From: an uncultured Deinococcaceae bacterium
Lineage (GTDB): Bacteria; Deinococcota; Deinococci; Deinococcales; Deinococcaceae
Direction: 5' to 3'
Assembly (NCBI GenBank): GCA_964252075.1
Contig: CAXULY010000026.1
Location: 1-64,000, forward strand
DNA: 64,000 nucleotides
Numbering within the stretch: position 1 is the stretch's first letter; each line of letters begins with the position of its first letter. A program made the position numbers and the translations under genes. Below are positions 30,640 to 41,300 of the stretch, in pieces. Below the pieces are notes generated by a model. That model saw only the letters and a program-made list of their open reading frames with translations. It was not told where the DNA came from and made no database searches.

Positions 30640-31748
30640 GTGGTACGCCGCCCAGCGTGGAGGACGCGCGCGACCTGATTGTCTCGGCGGTCCGCGTGCC
30701 CTCCGTCTCCGGCGGCGAGGGGCCCGTGGCGCGGCTGCTGGTGGAGTGGATGCGCGCGCGCGGCTTCCGCGCCGAGGTGGACGCTTCCGGCAGCGCCGTC
30801 GGCGTGCGCGGCGACGGCCCGCTCACGGTGGTGTTGCTCGGGCACATCGACACCGTGCCGGGTGACATTCCCGTGCGGGTGGAGGGCGACCTGTTGTGGG
30901 GGCGCGGCAGTGTGGACGCCAAGGGCAGCTTCTGCGCTTTCGTCGCGGCGGTGGCGGGCCTGCCGAACGCGGCGCTGGCGCGCGCGCGGTTCGTGTGCGT
31001 GGGCGCCACCGAGGAGGAGGCGCCGTCCAGCCGCGGCGCGCATCACGCCGTCACGGCGCACCAGCCGGACTTCGTGCTGATCGGCGAGCCGAGCGGCTGG
31101 GAGGGCCTCACCCTGGGGTACAAGGGCCGCCTCGTGGTGCGCGCCAGCGTGACACGCGAGAATTTCCATAGCGCGGGTGAGGGCGCGAGCGCCGCTGACG
31201 ACCTCACCGAGTTCTGGTTCCGCACGCGCGCGTGGGCGCAGGCGCAGAGCCGCGAGGAGCTGTCCGGGCAGGTTCAGGCCACCCTTCAGGCGATCTCCAG
31301 CGACTCGGACGGCCTGGAGCAGCGCGCGGGCGCCACCATCGGCCTGCGCCTGCCGCTGCACCTAGGCCCGCAGGCGGCGGAGGCGGCCTTGCGTGAACTC
31401 GGCCGGGACCTCCCCGTCACGCTGGAGTTCGTGGGGCACGAGACGGCGGTGCGGCACGCGCGCGACAACGCCCTCACGCGGGCAATGCGCGTCGCGATCC
31501 GCGCGCAGGGCGGCACGCCGCTTTTCAAGTTCAAGTCCGGGACCAGCGACATGAACGTCGTGGCGCCGCACTGGCCCGTGCCGACCCTCGCGTACGGACC
31601 GGGGGACAGCGGCCTCGACCACACGCCGCACGAGCACCTGGACCTCACGGAGTACGACCGGGCGGTGGCGGTGCTGCGCGCCGCGCTCACGCGCCTCACG
31701 GGGGTGGAGGAGGACCGCACGGCGCCTGCGGGCCACTCATCGAACTGA
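30636..31748 (+). CDS. lysK: [LysW]-lysine hydrolase (M20 family)
   Basis: [58 protein letters not shown]. Confidence 0.9.
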   Translation: MSGTPPSVEDARDLIVSAVRVPSVSGGEGPVARLLVEWMRARGFRAEVDASGSAVGVRGDGPLTVVLLGHIDTVPGDIPVRVEGDLLWGRGSVDAKGSFCAFVAAVAGLPNAALARARFVCVGATEEEAPSSRGAHHAVTAHQPDFVLIGEPSGWEGLTLGYKGRLVVRASVTRENFHSAGEGASAADDLTEFWFRTRAWAQAQSREELSGQVQATLQAISSDSDGLEQRAGATIGLRLPLHLGPQAAEAALRELGRDLPVTLEFVGHETAVRHARDNALTRAMRVAIRAQGGTPLFKFKSGTSDMNVVAPHWPVPTLAYGPGDSGLDHTPHEHLDLTEYDRAVAVLRAALTRLTGVEEDRTAPAGHSSN

Positions 31749-31784
31749 CAGGACGCGGCGGCTCGACTTGCTAGACTACCCGGC

Positions 31785-31964
31785 ATGAACAAGGCCGCCT
31801 CTGACTCCGCCGCCCACACGCCGCCCCCGGCCACGCAGACCGTGATTGTCGTGGCTGTCGCGGTGGGCACCCTGGTGGGCATCGGTGTCTCGCTGTGGAT
31901 CCTGAACCGCGCCGCGCGGCGCGCCGCCGCCCTGGAAGACCCGGACGCCCCACTGTTCGTCTGA
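31785..31964 (+). CDS. Small single-TM protein (59 aa), absent from the ORF track
   Basis: MNKAASDSAAHTPPPATQTVIVVAVAVGTLVGIGVSLWILNRAARRAAALEDPDAPLFV; TAGACT lies 7 nt before the ATG; terminator follows. Confidence 0.75.
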   Translation: MNKAASDSAAHTPPPATQTVIVVAVAVGTLVGIGVSLWILNRAARRAAALEDPDAPLFV

Positions 31965-31979
31965 GGGCAGAGATGAGGG

Positions 31980-32006
31980 AAGGGCGGTCCGGTGACCGCC
32001 CTTTTT
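31980..32006 (+). terminator. Rho-independent terminator
   Basis: aagggcggtc / gaccgccctt followed by T-run. Confidence 0.75.
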
Positions 32007-32018
32007 CGTCGCGGGGCG

Positions 32019-33338
32019 TCAGCGCGCGCGGCCCGGCGGGTCACCGGGCGTGGCGGGCCGCGCGACGCGCGTGGGGAGTTTCGCCCACAGCAGCGCCACG
32101 CACAGGAGGCCCAGCAGCACCACCACGCCCAGCCCGACGGTGGGGCCCAGGCCGCTCTTCACGTCGATGAGGCGGCTCACCAGCACCGCGCCGGGGGGAC
32201 CCATGCCGTTCAGCACGAAGGTGTACACGCTCATCACGCGGCCCCGCAGCTGGTCCGGCAGGCTCAGCTGCACGGTGGAGTTCGCGCTGATGAGAAGACT
32301 CAGCATCCCGAAACCGCAGGCGGCCAGCACGGGCGCCGCCCACAGGGGGTTCCCGACGAAGGCCAGCGCGGCGGTCGCGGCGAGCAGCAGCACGCTGCCC
32401 AGCCGCAGGTTGCGCGCGGGGTTGGGCTTCGCGGCCTGCCACAGCGCGCCCACCATGGCGCCCGCACCGAAGGCCGCGTTCAGCCCGCCGAAGGCCGCCT
32501 CGCGCAGGCCGTACACGGCGCGCGCGAAGTACGGGATAATCACGTTGAAGTTGATGACCGTGAGGCTCAGCAGGCCCACCAGCAGCATGGTGTAGAGCAC
32601 CGCCGGGGTGCGGCGCACGTACCGCAGGCCCTCCGCGATGTCCGTCAGCATGTGGGACTGCCCGGCGCGCGGTTCGCGCGTGGGGAAGGGCAGCGCGTGA
32701 ATCACGAAGATCACGTAGATGTACGACGCCACATCGAGGTAGAAGGGCAGCGCCAGCCCGGCGACCGCGCCGTCCCGCCCGTTCGCCAGGAGCGCCGTCC
32801 CGACCGCCGCGATCAGTCCGAACACCGCCTGCCCCAGCGTGCGGGACACGTTGAACGAGAGCGAGTTGAGCGCCACGGCGTTCGCGACGTCGCTGCGCGG
32901 CACGAAGTCCGCGACCATGCTCTGGCGGGCGGGCATGTCGAAGGCGTTCGCGGTGCCCGCGACAGCCGCGAGCGCCACCACCAGCGGCAGGCTGACGAAG
33001 CCGAGGTGCGTGGCGAGCCCAAGGATCAGTGACGTGAAGAGCAGCACGGTCTGCGTGATGAGCAGCACGCTGCGCCGCGACACGCGGTCAATGATTGCCC
33101 CCGCGAAGAGGGAGAACAGAAGCGTGGGGGCGAACTGCACGGCGCTCACCCACCCGAGGGCCGCCGCGTTGTTGTGCGTGAGTTCCAGCACGAGGTACGC
33201 CTGGGCGGTGCGCTGCACCCAGGAGCCGATCACGCTGGCCAGCTGTGCGAACCAGTAACGCCTGAAGGCCGGGGCGCGCAGCGCGCGGAACGTCGCGTTT
33301 CCCCAGGTCTGCGCGCGCTGCACCCAAAGCGTCGCCAT
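32019..33338 (-). CDS. MFS transporter (MFS_3/DHA3-like)
   Basis: FRALRAPAFRRYW, GSWVQRTAQ, AFDMPARQS, ANAVALNS, RGRVMSVY. TAAGCT lies 6 nt before the ATG. Confidence 0.9.
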   Translation of the reverse strand: MATLWVQRAQTWGNATFRALRAPAFRRYWFAQLASVIGSWVQRTAQAYLVLELTHNNAAALGWVSAVQFAPTLLFSLFAGAIIDRVSRRSVLLITQTVLLFTSLILGLATHLGFVSLPLVVALAAVAGTANAFDMPARQSMVADFVPRSDVANAVALNSLSFNVSRTLGQAVFGLIAAVGTALLANGRDGAVAGLALPFYLDVASYIYVIFVIHALPFPTREPRAGQSHMLTDIAEGLRYVRRTPAVLYTMLLVGLLSLTVINFNVIIPYFARAVYGLREAAFGGLNAAFGAGAMVGALWQAAKPNPARNLRLGSVLLLAATAALAFVGNPLWAAPVLAACGFGMLSLLISANSTVQLSLPDQLRGRVMSVYTFVLNGMGPPGAVLVSRLIDVKSGLGPTVGLGVVVLLGLLCVALLWAKLPTRVARPATPGDPPGRAR

Positions 33339-33468
33339 GCGCAAAGCTTACGCGCCTTCGCGCCCAGCGTGGGTTTTTTCGGACACGCTTGCGGCAAAGT
33401 GCGTGTTACACTCTCGGGGACAGTTCAGCCGCACCCCTGCTGCCCCCCTTTTCATTCACGAGGTCGCC

Positions 33469-34704
33469 TTGAAGGTTTTGTTCCTCTCCGTCAGCCTGGC
33501 CCTGCTGGGCAGCGCCCTGGCTGAACGCATCGAGTACCGCGTCCAGAAGGGCGACACGGCGTACAGCATCGCCAAGCGGTACGGCCTGAGCGTGGACGCG
33601 CTCATGACGCTCAACAACCTCACGGACAGCGGCGTGAAGGTCGGGCAGCTGCTGGTGCTAGACGCTGTCAGCGCCGCGCCTGCCCCGGCGCCCGCGCCGG
33701 CGGTGGCCCTCATCGACATGCCGTTCGAGGCGGTCGCGCCGGGCGCGGCGCACGTGACGCTCGGCGCCCCCACCGCCCTGCGCGCCGCGGCGACTGCGCC
33801 CACCCCGGCGCCCGTCGCGGTCGCGATCACGTCCCCGGTGCGCGCCGACCTCGCGCAGGCGAAGCGGTATCAGGTGGTGCGCGGGGACACGGCCTTCAGC
33901 ATCTCGAAGCGCTTTGGCCTGAGCGTGGACGCCCTGATGGCCCTCAACCACCTGACCGACAGCGGCGTGAAGGTGGGTCAGTGGCTCAGCGTGGGCGCGC
34001 AGGACGCGACCCCCGTGCCGGTGACGGCTGTGGTCACGCCCGTGCTCACGCCACAGGTGGTGACGCCGGGGCCCAGCATCGTCGTGACGCCGCTGACGCC
34101 CGTGCAGGCCGCCGTCCAGCCTGCCCCCGCGCCACTGCCGCAGCCCATGCTGCCGCAGCCCGCCCAGCCAGCCGCGCCCGTTGCCGTCACCACGGAGCCC
34201 GCCAGCGTTGGCCTGGGGGACGCGACGGGCGTCGCGCTGGTCACTTCGGGCCCGCCGGGCAGCGTGCGGCAGCGCCTCTCACACCTGCTGGGCGTGCCGT
34301 ACCTGTACGGCGGGACGACCGCGCAGGGCGTGGACTGCAGCGGTCTGGTGCTGCAGGTGCTCGCCCCCATGGGCGTGAGCCTGCCGCGCCGCAGCGCCGA
34401 TCAGTTCGGCGCGGGCGTGTTCGTGGACCGCGCCGCCCTTCAGGAGGGCGACCTGGTGTTCTTCGACACCGAGGGGCGCGGGCAGGTCACCCACGTGGGC
34501 ATCTACGTCGGAGACGACTTCTTCGCGCACGCGAACTCCTACGACGGGCGGGTGACGGTCAACCGGCTGTCCGAGCGGTACTACGCCACCCGGTACCTGG
34601 GGGCGCGGCGCGTGCTGGGCGCGCAGGCGAGCGCGCCCGCACCGGCGGCCCCTCAGCCGGGCAACACCTGGACGCTGACCTCTTCACCCTCCGGCAGCCG
34701 GTAG
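33469..34704 (+). CDS. LysM-LysM-NlpC/P60 peptidoglycan endopeptidase
   Basis: Signal peptide; two LysM repeats (YRVQKGDTAYSIAKRY, YQVVRGDTAFSISKRF); LGVPYLYGG, DCSGL, GDLVFF, HVGIY; TTG start after GAGG. Confidence 0.92.
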   Translation: MKVLFLSVSLALLGSALAERIEYRVQKGDTAYSIAKRYGLSVDALMTLNNLTDSGVKVGQLLVLDAVSAAPAPAPAPAVALIDMPFEAVAPGAAHVTLGAPTALRAAATAPTPAPVAVAITSPVRADLAQAKRYQVVRGDTAFSISKRFGLSVDALMALNHLTDSGVKVGQWLSVGAQDATPVPVTAVVTPVLTPQVVTPGPSIVVTPLTPVQAAVQPAPAPLPQPMLPQPAQPAAPVAVTTEPASVGLGDATGVALVTSGPPGSVRQRLSHLLGVPYLYGGTTAQGVDCSGLVLQVLAPMGVSLPRRSADQFGAGVFVDRAALQEGDLVFFDTEGRGQVTHVGIYVGDDFFAHANSYDGRVTVNRLSERYYATRYLGARRVLGAQASAPAPAAPQPGNTWTLTSSPSGSR

Positions 34705-35045
34705 GCGCGCAACTCACGCCCCACGGGGTCGAGGATCAGGTACGGCACTGGGTACGCGGCGAGCGCGCGGTCCGTGCCGCTGGGGCGCGCGGGCCCGCGC
34801 GGGTGTGAGTGGTAGATGCCGAGCAGCGTGAGGCCCTCGCGGTCCATCGCGCGGAAGGCGCGCAGCAGTTCGAGGGCGTCCGCGCGGTAGGCGCGCTCCG
34901 GGTCGAGCGCCGTGTTCGTGAGGGGGTACACCGTGCGCACGTGGTCGCCCCTTCCGCCCAGCAGGCCCACGCACTCGCGCGGCATGGCGTCCTGCGCCTG
35001 CGCCCAGAGGCGCGCGAGCAGCGGGGCGGGCAGGCCGAGCGGCAT
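34653..35045 (-). CDS. JAB/MPN (Mov34, M67) metallopeptidase
   Basis: PRECVGLL and [15 protein letters not shown] (JAMM motif). Confidence 0.88.
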   Translation of the reverse strand: MPLGLPAPLLARLWAQAQDAMPRECVGLLGGRGDHVRTVYPLTNTALDPERAYRADALELLRAFRAMDREGLTLLGIYHSHPRGPARPSGTDRALAAYPVPYLILDPVGRELRAYRLPEGEEVSVQVLPG

Positions 35046-35123
35046 GACCCATTACAGCAGAGTTTGCTCCTGGCGCGCAAAAACGCCAGTGTGGGCGCGA
35101 ATTTGCTGTTGTACACTGCAATT

Positions 35124-38100
35124 ATGGCGACCAAGCGGCCCTCCGTGACCCGAACCACCCCGAGCAAGGCAGCGACCAGACGCCGCGCCAAGCGCGGCCT
35201 CCCCGCCTCCCGTTTCGACGGTGAGGCGCTGGGTCTGGTGCTGTTCGCGCTGGGCATCTTCCTTGCGGTGACGGTCGCGCTGCGCCCGGCGGGAGACGGC
35301 GTGATGGCGCGCCTGCACCACCCGCTGCTGGTGTGGCTGGACTGGGGGGCGTGGCTGCTGCCGCTCGCGCCGCTGTGTTACGGCGTGCTGGTCTTCCTCG
35401 GGCGGGACCTCGCGGGCCTCACGCGCCGTGTGCTGGGGGCAACGCTGGTGGCGCTGTCCCTGCTGGGCCTCGCGGCGGTGTTCATGCCGGACCAGGCGGG
35501 TCAGCTGGCCGTGAACCTCATGCGGCCCCTCATGCGGACGGTGGGGGTCGCGGCGGCCCTGCTGCCGCTGCTGCTGCTCAGCCTGGGCGTGGAGATTATT
35601 CTGGCGCGCGCGCCCTTCTCCCTCGCGAAGGGGTTCTTTCGGGCGCTGAGCATGGCGTCCATGGGCGCGGTGCTGTGGGGGCGCGACCTGCTGGCCGCAC
35701 GCCACGAGGGCCAGGAGCGGGCGCGGGCGCGCGCGTCGCTGCGCGGTGAGCTGAGCGCGCATCTGCGCGACCTGCTGGCGCTGGAGAAGCTGTACCCGCA
35801 GGCGCGCGAGCTGCGCGGGTACCACGCGGACACCCGCGACGCCCTGCGCACCCTCGGGAGCCTCGACGAGGAGGGCGTCACGCACGTCGCAGCGGACCTC
35901 GCGAGCTGGCGGGAGGTGGCGCGCGGCTTCGTGATGAGCGCCGCGCAGGACCTCGCGGCGCGCGTGGACGCGGAAGCGCCCGCGCTCAGCACGGAGCTGG
36001 AGGCGCGGCAGGCGGACGTGAAGGGCGGCCGTCACGAACTCAGCGTGGGGCTCAACGCCACCATGGCGAGCGCCGCATTGGAACGTGTGCGCCGCGCGCT
36101 CGTGATGGACCTCACGCGCCTGACGGGACGCGCCGCGACGCTGGAACGCGAGCGCGTGCGCGCCCTGAAGGCCCTGGAGAAGGCGGACGCGCAGGTGCTC
36201 GCGCGCGAACTGCCCGCCTCCGAGGCGCGCGCAGAGGCGTGGGCGGTGTGGCTGGAGGCCGCGCAGGACTGGAGCGCGCGCGAGGCCGTGTACCCCGGCT
36301 GGCCGGACCTCGCGGTGCGCTTTGACCGCGCGCCGTCCGAACTGGCGGCGGCGCTCGCGCAGGCCCTGGAGTCCGACGCGGACACCGCCCTGCGCGAGCG
36401 TGACGCGTGGGAGCGCCGCCTGGAGGAAGGCATGCGACTTGCCGCGCAGACGCCCACGCCCGCGCCGGTCGTGGCCTCGCCCCCTCCCCTGCTGGACCTG
36501 AGCTTCGATGCGGCGCTCGACCCACAGGAACCCGAGACGGCGGTGGCCCTGCCCCCTGCCCCAGAAGAACAGTCCGTGGAACCGGTGGCGCACGAGGTAC
36601 CCGTGGCGCCCGCGCAGGTGACGGTGCTGGCCCCCACGCCCGCGCCGATCACAAGAGCGCCCGCCGTGATGCCGTGGGAGGACGACGACACCCCTTCAGA
36701 GCCCATTGCGCCGCGCCCCGCGGTGGGCGCCCTGGACCTTGCGCTGCCCGGCCTGGACACCCTTGACCCCATTCCGCTGAGCGCGCTGAACACCACGGCG
36801 CTCGACATCTCCGCGCGGCAGCGGGCGGGCGTCATCAACGAGACGCTCGCGCACTTCGGGCTGTCCGGGAAGGTCGTGGATCACGCGCGCGGCCCGACCG
36901 TCACGCGCTACGAGATCGAGCCCGCGCCGGGTGAGAAGATCTCGCGCATCGCGAGCCTCGCGAATGACCTCGCGCGCGCCCTCGCGGTGGGCGGCGTGCG
37001 CGTGGAGGCGCCCGTGCCCGGCAAGAGCGTGATCGGTCTGGAGGTGCCGAACGCGGAGCGCGAGCCCGTGACCTTCCACGCGGCGGCGCTCAGCCCGGCC
37101 TTCAAGCAGACGCGCGCGCGCCTCCCGATCATCCTCGGGAAGAGCATTGACGGCGAGATGCTGGTGGGCGACCTCGTGAAGATGCCGCACCTGCTGATCG
37201 CTGGCTCTACGGGCTCCGGGAAGTCCGTGTGCGTGAACACCCTCATCACGAGCCTGCTCTTCAAGTACCTGCCGACCGAACTGCGCTTCCTGATGGTGGA
37301 CCCCAAGATGGTGGAGCTCACCCCATACGACGGCATCCCGCACCTCGTGCGCGGCGTCGTCACCAACCCCGTGGATGCGGCAGGCGTGCTGCTGGGCGCG
37401 GTCGCGCACATGGAGCGGCGCTACAAGATGATGTCGCAGGTCGGCGCGAAGAACCTCGAGCAGTTCAACGCGAAGATGCGCCTTGCGGGCGAGCCGGAAC
37501 TGCCGCACCTCGTCATCATCATTGACGAGCTCGCGGACCTCATGATCACCAGCCCGAAGGAAGTGGAGAGCGCCATCATGCGCCTCGCGCAGATGGCGCG
37601 CGCGACAGGCATGCACCTCGTGCTGGCCACGCAGCGCCCCAGCGTGGACATCCTGACGAGCCTCATCAAGGTAAACGTGCCGGCGCGCATCGCGTTCGCG
37701 GTAAGTTCCAGTCACGACTCCCGCACCATTCTGGACACCATGGGCGCCGAGCGCCTCACGGGCATGGGGGACATGCTGTTCTACCAGCCGGGCCTCGTGA
37801 AGCCCATGCGCCTGCAGGGGCCGTACATCAGCGAGGTGGAGACCGCGCGCATCACGGAACTGCTGCGCCGCATGGTGTTCGACGACTGGTTCGCGGACAC
37901 CTACGGCACGGACTTCGACGGCGCGATCGAGGCGGGCGGGCCGAGCCTGGACAAGGGCAACATGGATTTCTCCGATCCGTTCCTGCGTCAGGCGGCCGCG
38001 ATCTGCATTGAGGAGGGCCAGGGCAGCGTGTCGCGCCTGCAGCGCCGCCTGAGCGTGGGGCACGCCCGTGCGGGCAAGCTGATGGACATGCTGGAGGCGA

Positions 38101-38186
38101 TGGGCATCGTGAGCAAGCACCAGGGCAGCAAGCCGCGCGAGGTGCTCATCACGCAGGACCAGCTGCCGGAGTACTTCGGCCGCTGA
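35124..38186 (+). CDS. ftsK: DNA translocase FtsK
   Basis: N-terminal TMs; [46 protein letters not shown]; gamma domain [22 protein letters not shown] lies 6 nt before the ATG. Confidence 0.96.
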   Translation: MATKRPSVTRTTPSKAATRRRAKRGLPASRFDGEALGLVLFALGIFLAVTVALRPAGDGVMARLHHPLLVWLDWGAWLLPLAPLCYGVLVFLGRDLAGLTRRVLGATLVALSLLGLAAVFMPDQAGQLAVNLMRPLMRTVGVAAALLPLLLLSLGVEIILARAPFSLAKGFFRALSMASMGAVLWGRDLLAARHEGQERARARASLRGELSAHLRDLLALEKLYPQARELRGYHADTRDALRTLGSLDEEGVTHVAADLASWREVARGFVMSAAQDLAARVDAEAPALSTELEARQADVKGGRHELSVGLNATMASAALERVRRALVMDLTRLTGRAATLERERVRALKALEKADAQVLARELPASEARAEAWAVWLEAAQDWSAREAVYPGWPDLAVRFDRAPSELAAALAQALESDADTALRERDAWERRLEEGMRLAAQTPTPAPVVASPPPLLDLSFDAALDPQEPETAVALPPAPEEQSVEPVAHEVPVAPAQVTVLAPTPAPITRAPAVMPWEDDDTPSEPIAPRPAVGALDLALPGLDTLDPIPLSALNTTALDISARQRAGVINETLAHFGLSGKVVDHARGPTVTRYEIEPAPGEKISRIASLANDLARALAVGGVRVEAPVPGKSVIGLEVPNAEREPVTFHAAALSPAFKQTRARLPIILGKSIDGEMLVGDLVKMPHLLIAGSTGSGKSVCVNTLITSLLFKYLPTELRFLMVDPKMVELTPYDGIPHLVRGVVTNPVDAAGVLLGAVAHMERRYKMMSQVGAKNLEQFNAKMRLAGEPELPHLVIIIDELADLMITSPKEVESAIMRLAQMARATGMHLVLATQRPSVDILTSLIKVNVPARIAFAVSSSHDSRTILDTMGAERLTGMGDMLFYQPGLVKPMRLQGPYISEVETARITELLRRMVFDDWFADTYGTDFDGAIEAGGPSLDKGNMDFSDPFLRQAAAICIEEGQGSVSRLQRRLSVGHARAGKLMDMLEAMGIVSKHQGSKPREVLITQDQLPEYFGR

Positions 38187-38338
38187 GGCGCCCGCGCGAA
38201 GCATCAAGAACGCCCGAAGGACCAGGGCGCCCCATGGCCGCGCGGCAGACATTGCGCTGGCAGGCCGTGTGGTAGACTTCCCTTGCTCTCGGAGGCCCGA
38301 CGCGCGATGCGCGGTGCCCCGTGATCCACAGGTGCTGA

Positions 38339-41300
38339 ATGCCGAAACCCAAAAAGGAGACGGCGGCTAGGGTGTCTGATGCTCAGGAGAAGCCGCGCGC
38401 CAAGACGGCGCGCCGTGACCGGAGCGGCACCCCAGAGCAGACTCAGGAAGTCCCCAAGCGGACCCGCGCCCCGCGCGCAGAGCTGCCCGCCGCCCACAAC
38501 ACAACCGCCCAGACTGGTGCCCGTAAGCCCGGCCGTCAAGCCGCCCGGCCACCCGTCTCCCCCGCTGCCCCGGAGGCAGCGCCCGAACTGACCGAGCAGC
38601 CTGCCGTGCAGGTGGCGCCGGTCAGCGAAACGCCCGCCCGCAGCCCGCGGCGCGGTCCCCAGCCGCGTCGCGCCACGGACGCCCCGACCGCCGAAGCGGA
38701 TGCGCCTGCGCTGACGACGGAGTCTTCAGCGGTCACCGCTGAGCAGCCCGAACCGATAACCGAACCCGAAACAGCCCCGACTGAGCAGATCTTGGAGGCC
38801 ACCCCGGCCCCGGCTCGGAAGACGCGGGGCCGGAAGCCGCGCGCCAGCGAGCCTCAGAAAGACACGACTCCCGCTGAACCCGCCAAGCAGGAAACCCCGG
38901 CGGTCATGGCAGCCGAAACGCCCCAGGCTGTTGAGGCCGACGTCCCCGCTGCCGTTGCTGCTGCGGAGCCGGAGCCCGAACCCGCCGATCCGAAGCCGCG
39001 CCGTGGTGGACGCAAGCCCCGTCAGGTTGTCCCTGAACCCGTGGTGGAGGCTGCTGCCGAGCCCGAGGTGACGCAGCCGGACGCAGAACCGAGCGAGCCA
39101 GAGGCGGTCACCGCGCCCGTCAGCGAGGCGCCCGCGCCCCGCCGTGGCCGTGGGAAGCGCTCGACGGCCCCTCAGGCGGAGGTCGCCCCGGTCCAGCCGG
39201 AGCCGACCGCTGAACCCGAGGTGCAGACGCCCGACGCAGAGCCGGACGCTCAGCCTGAAGCCCTTGAGGCGCAGGCGCTGGAGCCCGTGACGGAATCCGC
39301 TCCCACCCCTCGCCGTGGCCGCAAGCCGCGCGGCGCCGCGCCCGCAGGGGACGCGCCGAGCAGCCCAAGCCAGCCTGCACGCCCGGCACGGGGCGGTCGC
39401 AAGGCGCGCCCACCGGTGACGCCGGACGTGCAGGCCACGCCCGCCGCAGAAACGGCGGAACCGGAGATCGAGTCCGCAGCCGAACCCGCGCAGGTGGCGG
39501 AGTCGCCCGCCGTGACCGTTGAGCCGCGCGAGGCGGTGCTCGCGCAGCTCCGCACGCTGGGCCGCCCCATGCACGTGCGGGACTTCGAGCGCAGCTTCCC
39601 CCGCGACCAGCGCCGCGCGCTCGGCAACATTGACTTTGAGGACGTCCTGCAGGACCTCATGCGTGAGGGGCAGGTCGTGCGGACGCGCCGCCGCACCTAC
39701 GGACTGCCGGAAGCCATGAACCTCGTGCGGGGCCGCTTCCAGGCCAGCGCGAGCGGCTTCGGCTTCGTGATTCCCGAGGCGGGCGGCACGGATTACTACG
39801 TGGCGCCGGACGCCACCATGGACGCCTGGAACGGCGACACCGTGCTGGTTCGTCCGGAGGGTCAGGGCAAGCGCGACGACTCACCGCGCGCGACCGTGGT
39901 GCGCATCGTGACGCGCGCCGCGACGCAGCTCGTGGGCACGCTGGAGCGCGCGCGCGGGTACGCGCTCATCAAGGCGGACGACCTGCGCGCCCGGCACCGC
40001 GTCATGCTGGCCCCCGACGGCCTGGATGACGTGAAGGGCGGCAGCCGCATCGTCGCGAAGCTGTACTGGCCCGAGCAGACGGGTGAGGACGAAGTCTACG
40101 GGATGCTCACGCAGGTGCTGGGTGAGACGGACGACCCGGAGACCGAGACTCGCGCGGTCGTCGTGAAGTACGGCCTGCACGACGAGTTCCCGCCGGAGGT
40201 GCTGCGCGAGGCGGAGAAAATCGCCACGCGCATCCCGAAGACGGCGCTGAAGGGCCGCCTGGACCTGCGCAGCCGCAACGTCTTCACGGTGGACGGCGCG
40301 GACGCGAAGGACTTCGACGACGCCATTCACATCGAGCCGCTGGATGGTGGGCGCTTCCGGGTGGGGGTGCACATCGCGGACGTCAGCCATTACGTGAAGG
40401 CGGGCGGCCCGCTGGACACCGAGGCCTTCGAGCGCGCGACCAGCGTGTACCTGCCCGGTCACGTGCTGCCCATGCTGCCCGAGCACCTCTCGAACGGCGT
40501 GTGCAGCCTCGTGCCGGGCGAGGACCGCCTGACGCTCTCCGCCATGATTGAGGTGAACGCGGACGGTGACGTGCTGGATTACCAGCTCACGCCGAGCGTC
40601 ATTCACAGCCAGGCGCGCCTCACCTACGACGAGGTGCAGGCATACAGCGAGGCGCGCGGCGTGCTGCCGGAGCACGCGCGCCGGGTGGAGGGCGACCTGC
40701 ACCTGCTGCTGAAACTCACCAGCCGCATGCGCCAGAAGCGCCTGCGCGCGGGCAGCCTGGACTTCCAGATGCGCGAGGTGAAGGTGGATGTGGACCGGGA
40801 GGGCAACCTGCACCTGATCCCCATCCGCGAGGAAACCGCGCGCGGCATGATCGAGGACCTCATGCTCCTCGCGAATCAGGTGGTGGCGCGCTACCTGCTG
40901 GAGAAGAACGCGCCCGCCCTGTACCGCGTGCACGAGGAGCCCACGCACCAGCGCTTCGCGGAGGTGAGCACCGCGCTCGCCCGCATGGGCATCACGCTCG
41001 GGGACTCCCCCACGCCGCAGGCGTACCAGCAGGCCCTCAAGCAGGTCCGCGGCACCCCGCAGGAAAGCCCCGTGAATCAGCTGCTGCTGCGCAGCCTGAA
41101 GCAGGCGCGCTACAGCGCCGAGAACCTTGGGCATTTCGGCCTGGCGTTCGAGGAGTACCTGCACTTCACGAGCCCCATCCGGCGTTACCCGGACCTTGTG
41201 GTGCACCGCATGCTGCGCGCGTACCTGACGGGCCAGGAGCAGTCCGCGCTGGTGCAGAGCACGCGCGCGGAACTGCCCGGCATGGCGGACCACACCAGTG

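Noticed and set aside
33530..33990. ~130-nt imperfect direct repeat
   Set aside because: Explained by the two LysM domains; not a mobile or CRISPR repeat.
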